NCBI RefSeq assembly: GCF_964213995.1
Contig: NW_027590164.1
Location: 558,001-622,000, forward strand
DNA length: 64,000 nucleotides
Origin: Mustelus asterias
Lineage: Eukaryota
Direction of reading: 5' to 3'
Shown here in pieces: positions 1 to 10,045 of the stretch (positions are counted from its first letter, which is position 1; each line of letters starts with the position of its first letter). The notes beneath the pieces are model-generated. The model did no database searches and was not told where the DNA came from. It was given only the letters and a program-made list of their open reading frames with translations. The position numbers and the translations under genes were made by a program.

Positions 1-688
1 ATAAAAATAAAATTTAAAAAGGCTAATGACAATTGTCGTAGCAACCCATCTTCGTTCACTGATATCCTTTAGGGAAGGAAATCTGCCATCCTTATTTGGC
101 AATATGGTTAGGGATGGACAATAATCATTGGCAATGCTCACATCCCATTAATTAAAAAAAACACACAATGATACAGATTGGTTCTGCCACAGTTGTCAGG
201 AAGAGTCAGCAGCCAGGAATTGGACAATGTCTTCAGATTTCCCAGTTTATTATTGGAGGACTGGTGTCAGACAAATTAAACATCAGGCTGATGTGCAGGG
301 CAACTTGGAGGTGATGTTCACATATAGCTGCTTACCCTAGTCATTCTAGACTGTGGAGATTGAGGGTTTGGGATATTCTGTCACTGTTCCTGTCAAGTTG
401 TACATATAAAAAATCTCTACTTCGCTCTGCCTCTCTCACCTCTTTCTCTCTCATCCCATTGCTGTGGCAAGTTTCCTGCCCTCATGTTGGTTCCATAAAC
501 CAGCAGATCCATTCCGTTCAATTTTACAAACTGCCTTTGTGATCTTGTGGGTTTTCTCATTCTCTCTTTTTTTCTGTTTTAAATCTCTCAGAATATTTGA
601 AGAGAAGGATTTGCAGCCGGGACATTCAAACCCACAGCAGAATCTGACAGAATTACCCAATTTATCGTAACCCGACTATCATTTTACT

Positions 689-1741
689 TTGAACATGGAT
701 GAAAAAAGCACCATTCACAGTGGAGAGAAACCGTTTATGTGTGCTGTGTGTGGACAGGGCTACAGTCGATCATCTGGCCTGTCGAAACACAAACGCAGTC
801 ACACTGGAAAGAAGTTGTGTAAATGTGGGTCTGTGGGAAGGAATTTAATTTCCCATCTGAGCTGGAAATGCAGTGACGCTGTCACACCGGGGAAAAGCTG
901 TTTAACTGTTCCGAGTGTGGGAAGGGATTTAATCGCAACGCGCATCTGCACCAACACCAGCGCGTTCACACGAGGGAGAGACCATTCACTTGCTCAGTGT
1001 GTGAGAAGGGATTTACTAGTTCATCTATCCTGCTGAGACACAAGCAGGTTCATACAGACGAAAGACCTTTCAAATGCGCAGAGTGCGGGAAATGCTTTAA
1101 TAGTTCGAGGGAACTGATGAGCCATCGGGGCGGCACGGTAGCACAGTGGTTAGCACTGCTGCTTCACAGCTCCAGGGTCCCGGGTTCGATTCCCGGCTCG
1201 GGTCACTGTCTGTGTGGAGTTTGCACATTCTCCTCGTGTCTGCGTGGGTTTCCTCCGGGTGCTCCGGTTTCCTCCCACAGTCCAAAGATGTGCAGGTTAG
1301 GTTGATTGGCCAGGTTAAAAATTGCCCCTTAGAGTCCTGAGATGCGTAGGTTAGAGGGATTAGCGGGTAAAAATATATGTGTGGGGGTAGGGCCTGGGTG
1401 GGATTGTGGTCGGTGCAGACTCGATGGGCTGAATGGCCTCCTTCTGCACTGTAGGGTTTCTATGATTCTATGAACTCATTCACTCTGATGAAAGACCGTT
1501 CAGGTGCTCTCACTGTGAGGCTGGGTTCAAGCATTCGTATCAACCCTCTCTCCACCAGCGCACTCACACTGGGGAGAGGCCGTACACCTGCTCCCAGTGT
1601 GGGAAGAAGTTCACTCAGCCATCCCATCTTCGGTTACACGAACGGGTTCACTCTGGGGAGAAACCATTCACTTGCACTGTCTGTAAGAAGAAATTTGCTC
1701 ATTCATCCCATATGTTGAAACACCAGCGAGGTCACAAGTAA
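689..1741 (+). pseudogene. C2H2 ZNF pseudogene with a frameshift and a SINE insertion
   Basis: CxxC...HxxxH fingers with TGERP-type linkers. 1-bp deletion near 830 (tgtgggtctgt instead of tgtggggactgt). Removing the SINE at 1127-1472 restores S-H-Q-L-I-H-S-D-E-R-P-F. Stop TAA at 1739-1741. Confidence 0.9.
1127..1472 (+). mobile_element. HE1-type tRNA-derived V-SINE, full length
   Basis: A-box-like tagcacagtggt, B-box ggttcgattcc, V-domain core gtgtggagtttgcacattctcc...gggtttcctccgggtgctccggtttcctcccacagtccaaa, tail ttctatgattctatg. Confidence 0.92.
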
Positions 1742-2829
1742 TTGCAATGATTGGATATTGTTAATCACGCCCAGGATTGAACTGTGTTCATTTGGGGTCT
1801 GTTTTTGCTGATGTTACTAACCTCCAGTCCAGTTATACAAGTGCTAATCTTCTGGCTAAAAGTCAAATAAACTGGCTTTGTGTTAAACAATGTGAGTCGC
1901 TTGAATATCAGACGCAAGTTAATTCCTTCTGAAGGATTCTCCGTCTTTCTATCTGCTCCATCCTCACCTCCAAGTGAGAGGAACTCATGGATCTTCTTTG
2001 ATTGGAAGATTTCAATCTTAGTGACAGTTGCCTCTGCCGTGTCCATCCCATGCACTAACCCACTGAGCTAAAATACCCCTTATCTGAGTCCTGCATCTGT
2101 ATCTTTCTCCAGATTCTCCTACCTCCCCTCATGACCTCTGCCCTCAAGACCCACTTCCTGCACCTTCTATCGTATTCTCGCTGAACTGCTGACTACACAA
2201 CATCCCCATGTGAGCTTACATTGTTAATGGTTCGCATCTTTCTTCGGATATTGTCCCTCTTTCCTTTAAATCTGTTGTCATCTCCCCCCACTCCCCCCAA
2301 AATAACAAACACATCACTCCTGCATCAGTCCCTGGTTAAGCAGCACCCTTGTTTTAAAATTTCTATCCTTATTTTCAATCACTGTATGGCCTCGCCCTTC
2401 CCTATCTTTGTAATCTTCTCCAGCCCCACAACTCTCAAACATCAGATCATTTACAATTCTGGCCTACCAATGGTAGCAGTGCTTTCAGCGTCATCACCTG
2501 TAAGCTCTGGAAATCCCTCCATAAGCCTCTCTACCTCTTTCTCCTTCTTTACGATGCTTCTTAAATGCTTCTTCAAAACTTTGTAAGTGCAGAGGATTGC
2601 TGTAAAATAAGACATGCTGTAGAAGCTTTTTCATTTAACAGGACAGATACAAGAATAGCAAATTTCAAAGGGAACAACAATTTATTCTGTGTGGAAAGAG
2701 GTTGCTGATGGGTTGGGAAGTTGATTCTGGCTGAGTCATTGCAATGTGGAATGCTCCAGGGAACAGTTTGTTCCTCCGTGCTTTTGTTTAATTGGAAAAT
2801 TGAAAGGAGGGAGATGGCAAGTCGCTCAC

Positions 2830-3945
2830 ACCAATTGCTGGGAATTGTAGAAAGAATGAACCGCACATGAAGCTCGTTCTCAGAAAATAACTGGATGGAA
2901 CAGCACAAAGTGGAATGAAGAACTTCCACTGGTTCTCATGAGTATCTGGAGTAGGTTCCTATTAGCCCCATCCAACCACAGGAGTGTCATATTGGAGACC
3001 AAGTGAGGGTAAGAAATTGTGCAAAGGGAGATGTGTTTGGACCTCTGTATAAGGGACCATACACTACAGTGGATAAGGTCAGTTGTATTGAATATGCAAA
3101 CGGGCGGCACGGTGGGGCACAGTGGTTAGCATTGCTGCCTCACAGCGCCAGGGACCCGGGTTCAATTCCTGGCTTGGGTACTATCTATGTGGAGTTTGCA
3201 CGTTCACCCCGTGTCTGCATGGGTTTCCTGCGGATGCTCCAGTTTCCTCCCACAGTCCGAAAGACGTACTGGTTAGGTGAATTGGCCATGCTAAATTCTC
3301 CCCCAGTGTACCTGAACAGGCACGGAGTGTGGCAACTAGGGGATTTTCACAGCAACTTCACTGCAGTGTTAATATAAGCCTATTTGTGGCACAAATAAAA
3401 TAATAAACGTTTTTTCTAAAAAGTCAAATGGTTTTCTCATAACTCAGTGAAGCTCAGAGTCCCAGATAACGGAAGAAGCTGAGAAGGATCAGGACTGTTA
3501 CGTACGTGGTGAAGAATATGCTGCGGACCTGGGACAATGATGAAAAAGAAGTGAAAAGTGCACCTGTACCATGGCTATTGTATCAGGAGGACGTTAAGAT
3601 GGAAGCTCAATCCCCCTCAGCATCTTCATCTGGATGTTATCCAAAACCACATTAGGAAGGAGAATGATATCCAAAATGTCAGACAGTAACGGGGTATAAT
3701 GAATGATGCTGCAACAGCTTTTAACACCAGGGTTGTTAATACCATTAACTTAGCCACTCTGAAGATCAGATCTTAACCATACATTTACAACATATGGTCA
3801 GGCCCTAAAGTCTCACGTACAAATGATCAATCAAATTATTAAAGAAAGTAAAATTGTATTAAGTGAATCAACTGAATGTATAATGTATGGATCTTGGTTG
3901 GTGGAACAAGCCAGAGAGATTATATAGTATATTGCTAAAGGAAGA
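2830..3945 (+). mobile_element. Decayed LTR retroelement: integrase C-terminus followed by an env-like segment
   Basis: Fragments read GIVERMNRT, EELPLVLMSI, GDQVRVRN..FGPLYKGPY (GPY/F motif), then RQ*R-GIMNDAATAFNT and CIMYGSWLVEQAREI. Split by the SINE at 3102-3404. Confidence 0.65.
3102..3404 (+). mobile_element. V-SINE, second subfamily with a different 3' tail
   Basis: HE1-like head and core, but the tail is aacttcactgcagtgttaatataagcc...aataaa instead of (ttctatga)n. Confidence 0.85.
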
Positions 3946-4430
3946 TGCACTGCAGCAATTCACCAAGGCTCCTGAGGCAGCACCTTCCAAAGCCACGACC
4001 ACTTCCATCTAAAAGGACAAGGACAGAAGATAAAAGCAAAATACTGTCGATGCAGGAATGTGAAACAAAAACAGAATATGGTGGAAAATCTCAGCAGGTC
4101 GGACAGCATCTGTGGGGAGAGAATGGAGCCAATGCTTTGAGTCTAGATGCCCCTTCATCAGAAGGGCAGAAGATACATGGGAATACCACCACCTGCAAGT
4201 TCCCTCCAAGCCATTCACCATCCTGAATTGGAAATGTATCACCATTCCTTCACAGTCACCGGGTCATAATCCTGGAATCCCCTCCCTAACGGCATTGTGG
4301 GTGAAGCCACAGCACATGGACTGCAGGGTTTCAAGAAGGCAGCTCACCACCACCTTCTCAAGGGCAGCTGAGGATGGGCGATAACTGCTGGCCAGCCAGC
4401 GCTGCCCATGTCCATGAATCAATGAAAGAA
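3940..4430 (+). mobile_element. Non-LTR LINE 3' end, clade unassigned, interrupted by a Penelope-like fragment
   Basis: cctggaatcccctccctaac...gctcaccaccaccttctcaagggc...ggatgggc. Related pieces at 1-160, 21665-21755, 47535-47635, 48885-49015 and 56075-56145. Confidence 0.6.
4033..4166. mobile_element. Penelope-like terminal-repeat fragment, family A
   Basis: aaagcaaaatactg...gatgcaggaatgtgaaac...cagcaggtcggacagcatctg. Flanked by a 9-bp TSD cagaagata (4024-4032 and 4167-4175). CTGATGA on the minus strand. Confidence 0.65.
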
Positions 4431-4783
4431 AATGGTTCCCTTGTAGTTAACAGACCAACACCTAAAGGCTGTGCCCACTTATCCATTTAATATGACTATG
4501 TGTCAGGTTAGAGAGCTGGTACAGGTGCAGGCAGTGAGACATCAGTGTGAATGGTTCAATAGGAGGAATACTACTCCATTCAATCCAGAGACACTTTCTG
4601 ATTTTGCTCACTTCTTTGTCATTCTTGTTGAGCCAGTGTGACGGCCTGAGCAATTCAAACCCGATGAGCTGAGTGGGTGTTCACTGCATCACAGATCTGA
4701 TCTTGTCCCAAAGCCTTTCCACACTGTCTTCACTGGAGTCTGTGAGAGTGAGGTGGGAAGAAAGCCACACCTGCAATTGGTCT

Positions 4784-5374
4784 GAATCATAGAATCCCGA
4801 CAGTGCAGAAGGAGGCCATTTGACCCATCGAGTGTGTACCGACCACAATCCCACCCAGGCCCTATTCCCATAACCCCACATATTTACCCTGCTAATCCCC
4901 CTGACACTAAAGGGCAATTTAGCATAGCCAATCAGCCTAGCCCACACATCTTTGGACTGTGGGAGGAAACCAGGGCACCTGGAGGAAACCCACGCAGACA
5001 CGGGGAGAATGTGCAAACTCCACACAGACAGTGACCCGAGGCCAGAATTAAACCTGGGACCCCTGTGTGTGGAGTTTGCACATTCTCCTCGTGTCTGTGT
5101 GGGTTTCCTCCGGGTGTTCCGGTTTCCTCCCACAGTCCAAAAATGTGCGGGTTAGGTTGATTGGCCATGCTAAAATTGCCCCTTAGTGTCCTGAGATGTG
5201 TAGGTTAGAGGGATCAGCGGGTAAATATGTAGGGATAAGGGGGTAGGGGTGGGGTGGGATTGTGGTTGGTGCAGACTCGATGGGCCAAATGGCCTCTTTC
5301 TGTACTGTAGGGCTTCTATGATTTCCCTGATGCTGTGAGGCAGTGGTGCTGAACACTGTGCCACTGTGCCGCCC
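4784..5374 (-). mobile_element. HE1 SINE with a nested opposite-strand HE1 copy
   Basis: Minus-strand tail at 4784 and head ending gccgccc at 5374. Inner + copy at 5066-5324 is flanked by ccctg. Confidence 0.88.
5066..5324 (+). mobile_element. 5'-truncated HE1 SINE
   Basis: V-domain core through the ttctatga tail. Confidence 0.85.
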
Positions 5375-5989
5375 GTTCTCTTGCCCCTCTATCCTGGAGA
5401 ATGTGAATGTGAAATCTTCTCCTGAGTAGCACAGGAGTGAAGGGGACTTTTAAAGAAAACACTTCAAAACACTCTGAAGCTCTGTTTGAAATGCAGCGAC
5501 CTTACCAGCGACACATATATTCAATATTGAAATCAGAAACAGGGTTTTGAACTTTGCGTGTGTAAATCCTTCCCTTCTAACCCAGACAAAATTAATTTAC
5601 ACAATCCATCCCTGTCAATCCAGGATAGGAATTCACAACATTCTCTCCTGTTGACAGGGAGCACCGTGCACACGCACTGCTCTGCATTAAACAATGAAAG
5701 ATGTGTTGGGTTTGCATGGACAGAATATCCTGCAGATGTTTCAAATCTGAAATAAAAATAGTCAAAGCCCCAAATAGTGAACAGACCCGGCAGCTTCTGT
5801 GGAGACAGAAACAGAGTGAAACATACAGTCAAACACCCACATGAATCCGGAGCAGCAGTGGCCCCTCTACTCCAGCATTTGATAAGATCCTGGCTGATCT
5901 GATTGTGACCACAACTCCACTTTCCTGTCTACCCCCAACACCCGCCCCCCCCAAAAAAACCCTTAGACTCTCTTGTCAATCAAGAATCC

Positions 5990-6392
5990 ATCCATCCTTT
6001 CCATACCTTTTCTCCCCCTTTTATTTCCCTTTCCCCTTTTCCCATTTTACCTCTCTCCCACCCATTCCCTCTCCCCCTCCCCCCACATCTTCATCTGTCA
6101 CAGCTGATTTTAGTTTCCCTGCCGTTGGCCATTCACACCCTTTATTCTCTCGATGGACAGCCATTCGCAGCTCTTTACCCGAGTTTCTGTAGCTGTGACT
6201 CATTTTTCATTCCCTCACCCTGCAGTGTAAATATCTCCCACTTTCTATGCCTTTTAGCTTTGACAAAGGGTCGTCTGTTCTCGAAACGTCCGCTCTTTTC
6301 TCTCGTTACAGATGCTGCCAGACCTGCTGATATTTTCCAGCATTTTCTCTTTTGGTTTCAGATTCCAGCATCCGCAGTAATTTGCTTTTATC
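5990..6392. mobile_element. Penelope-like family A repeat, reverse orientation
   Basis: Reverse complement of 15952-16530. Contains ttgacaaagggtc...ctcgaaacgtc. Confidence 0.65.
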
Positions 6393-6859
6393 CACTTAAT
6401 CAGTCTTGAAAACATTCAATGACTCTGTCTTCACTGCTCTCTGGGGAAGAGAAACCAAAGACCCTCTGAGAGAAAAAAACATTTCAATCTCTCTGTCTCA
6501 AACATCTCAAGTCTAATTCGCTCTCCAGTGCCACACAGAGAAAGCCAGGCCTGTGAAGGAGGGAGAGAGGGAGATGGGGAAGAACAAAATGGAAGGTCTG
6601 CAAACTGACAAAATGATTCACGGCTCAATACCAAAGCGAGTGGTAATGGGACAAGTAAAGTCACAAAAGATGTTCTGGATGAGGTGTGCATAGCAGCAGT
6701 CTGAATACGAAGTAAATAAAACAAAAGGTGAAGAAAGCAACAACGAAACACAGAACGCGAAGGGGGCAGAGATTGTGGTGTAAAATTGTTGAACTCAGTT
6801 TTGTTCCGAAGGTTGTAAGATACCTCTTTCAGTTGCGGGAAATATATTTCCCAGTTCGA

Positions 6860-7075
6860 TGACAGGTCACATTCAGTCTGTTTCTCTCTCCACCGAGGTT
6901 TCCTGACTTGTTGAGTGTTTCCAGCCAAAAGAGAAAATGCTGGAAAATCTCAGCAGGTCTGGCAGCATCGGTAAATAGAGAAAAGAGCTGCCGTTTCGAG
7001 TCCAGGTGACCCTTTTGACAAAAGCAACAATTTGCTTTCATTCATGAGTATTTCCAGCGTTTTCTGTTTTATGTC
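6860..7075. mobile_element. Nested Penelope-like family A fragments
   Basis: Younger + copy at 6925-7025 inside an older reverse copy. Confidence 0.55.
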
Positions 7076-7604
7076 ACAGAGAATGTGTAAGAATTGTCAC
7101 ACCCGGAACAGAAGTCTCTTACTCGGGACAGTCCAGCTCGGGTCAGGGTGGGGGGATAATGTTCACTGTTTTATATTTGTGTCTGGCGCGAATAATATCT
7201 TAGATTAAACGGAGAAGTTTTTTTAAACTGAGGAGAGTAACTGCATTTGGGCGCTGACTTTAAACAACATTAACAAGCCCGGGCTGCTGGAGAAACATTT
7301 AGGGATTTGTGAGCAGTCAGTTCCGGCTGGTTTGAAGTGAAATCCTGTCGGTGCTGCGGCAAATCTGAACTCAAACCAGACAAACTGGAACCGCTGGGTT
7401 AGAGATTCCGGGTGTTGGGATGTGGAGGCTGGGGGAGGGGGAGATGGCGGTAAAACTCTGAGCTGACTTCAGACAGAGTGAGTGGGGTAAAGGGAAGGAA
7501 TGACAGGGTTAATGTGGGAGTCAGGGACAATAGCAGAAGGTGGGAAGCTCTGGAAAGGAGCAATGGGGGTAAAGGCCATCAAAGAATGTTTGTTTAAATG
7601 AAGA

Positions 7605-7775
7605 TAAAAGCAAAAATACTGCGGGTGCTGGAATGTGAAACAGAAACAGAAAATGCTGGAAATCTCAACAGGGCTCACAGCATCTGTGGAGAGAGAATAG
7701 AGTTAATGTTTCGAGTCTGGATGATCACAGATGCTGTCAGACCCGCTGAGGTTTTCCAGCACTTTCTGTTTGTGT
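7605..7775. mobile_element. Penelope-like family A fragment with fold-back
   Basis: aaagcaaaaatactgcgggtgctggaatg..., followed by its own inverted part (cagatgctgtcagacc...ccagcac). Confidence 0.6.
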
Positions 7776-8395
7776 TTAACTGAAGGTTCATCAGGGAAAG
7801 AAGCAGCGAGTTCACATACACTGAACCCAGGGAGAGGGGGTGACCCAGGATAAGGGACAGGCGCAGCTCAGTGAGGCTCTGCAATGTACCTCAACACATC
7901 CACATTGAGAGCGCCAAGGGGGAGGGGAAGGAGAAACTATTTGGGACACAGCAGGAGGTCACCCCTCCCCCCACTCTGTGGTTCCACAGACCCTCCCACA
8001 CCTGGGCAGGGTTGGCTCAAGGTGCAGGAAGCTGCAAGCTGAGAGGCTGAGCTGTGAATTGGGCGGGGTTGGGGGTTTGAGTGACAGTCCTGGGGCTATT
8101 TCAGGACAAGAACTGCCACAGATTCCCTCTTTTTTCCTGGGACGTTTCAGTGGAGCTGTGTTGGTGAGTGTTTGTAATCTCGGTCTCACTGTCTCGGTAA
8201 TGGGGGTGGGTTGTAGATTGCTGTGAGTGTTAGACTAAATAACCTCTCCTCATGCTGCCAGTTCCAGTCTGCAGACTCCATTTCTCAGTCCAGTCTGCTG
8301 CTCTGTCTCTGTCTCTCTGTACTTTGCTGCAGTGCTCCACATTCTGAGCAACATCCAGCCCATTGTTATCTCCTGAAAGTGGCAGCAGACTACCC

Positions 8396-9200
8396 TCACT
8401 GTGACACAGTGATTAGCACTGCTGCCTCATAGCGCCAGGGTTCGACTCCAGCCCTGGATAGTTGACTGTGTGGAGTTTGCACAGTAAGAAGTCTCAGAAC
8501 ACCAGGTTGAAGTCCAATAAGTTTATTTGGAATCAAAGCAAATTACTGCGGACGCTGGAATCTGAAATCAAAAGAGAAAAAGCTGGAAATTTTCAGCAGG
8601 TCTGGTATATCTGTAAGGAGAGAAAAGGGCTGACGTTTCGAGTCCAGATGACCCTTTTTCAAAGCTACTCCTTCAGCGCTCAGAAAGCTCGTGGTTCCAA
8701 ATAGACCTGTTGGACTTTAACCTGCTGTTGTGAGACTTCTTCCTGCGCCAACCCGAGTCCAACACCGGCATCTCCACCTCATGTATGGAGTTTGCACAAT
8801 CTCCCTCTGGATGCTCTGGTTTACTCGCACAGCCCAAGGATGTTAGCTGGATTGACCATGTTAAACCTGTCCCTGAGTGTCCCAAGGTGTGGAGGGTCTG
8901 ATTTGATTTATTATTGTCGCACATTCTGGGATACAGTGAAATTTAATATTTCTTCCGTGCTATACAGAAAGAAAACATAACTTGATAAAGTGCAGAGAGG
9001 GAAAGGAAAAGAGTCGGGTGCAGAACATAATGTTGCAGTTGCAGAGTGTGTGAAGAGAAAGGTCAGTAGGGGGATTAGCAGGGCAAATGCGTGGGGTTAC
9101 CGAGATAGAGTGTGTGCCTGGGAAAGATACTCTGTCAGAGAGTCAGTAGAGACTCGATGGGTCGAATGGCCTCTTTCTGCACTGTAAGGATTCTATGATT
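8396..9200 (+). mobile_element. Old HE1 SINE split by nested insertions
   Basis: Head 8396-8483, core about 8785-8890, tail 9064-9200. Inserts: Penelope family B (8482-8783, itself containing family A at 8535-8665) and a minus-strand LINE tail (about 8897-9063). Confidence 0.7.
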
Positions 9201-9431
9201 AGTGAATTACGGTGAACAACTTTTGAATAGAGGGGTTTCTGAGGCGCAAAGCATTGTGGGAATTGTGACCGCCATTAGTCAGTGACTGACTCTAAATGTT
9301 TCATTGCAGACTGAGGGCAGGTCAGCAACCTGAACCCTCAATTCTGTTTGTGACTCTCACAGGCTGCCTGGCCTGATGAATATCTCCAAGATTTATTTTC
9401 TTTATCCCAGATACAGTCTCTACAGAGTTTT

Positions 9432-9757
9432 GAAACATAGAAACCCTACAGTGCAGAAGGAGGCCATTCGGCCCATCGAGTCTGCACCGACCACAATCCC
9501 ACCCGGGCCCTACCCCCACATATTTACCCGCTAATCCCTCTAACCTACGCATCTCAGGGCTCTAAGGGGCAATTTTTAACCTGGCCAATCAACCTAACCT
9601 GCACATCTTTGGACTGTGGGAGAAAACTGGAGCACCCGGAGGAAACCCATGCAGACACGAGGAGAATGTGCAAACTCCACACAGACAGTGACCCGAGCCA
9701 GGAATCGAACCCGGGACCCTGGAGCTGTGAAGCAGCAGTGCTAACCACTGTGCTACC
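9432..9757 (-). mobile_element. HE1 SINE
   Basis: Near-identical reverse complement of 1127-1472. Confidence 0.92.
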
Positions 9758-10045
9758 TTATTGTTTTAGAGGTTCGAGTTTAGAAGCAGTTAGGAGTCGG
9801 TTTGAATCAGGCTGCATGTTGGATGCAGAACTCGGTTCCTGCCTCCTGTGTGGGGTTTTTTTATTGTTGCTTTTTTCTGAGTTCTATTCTCTCTGGGTTC
9901 TCTCTCAATCCCCTTTTTTCTGTTTTAAATCAGTTTCACAGGGACTAGAAGCGGACGATTTGCAGTCTGGAAACTGAAAATAAATAGGTCAGGATCTGCC
10001 AGAGTTGCTCAATGTTTTGTAACTGATTATCAGTGGATTTTGAAC

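Noticed and set aside
1127-1205. tRNA gene (A/B boxes)
   Set aside because: It is the tRNA-derived head of an HE1 SINE, continuous with the SINE core and tail. The same applies to the other copies.
2836-2851. ZNF143/SBS-like motif (ctacaattcccagca on the minus strand)
   Set aside because: It falls within integrase-coding relic sequence (LLGIVE), so probably coincidental. A similar motif at about 9252-9268 is unsupported without data.
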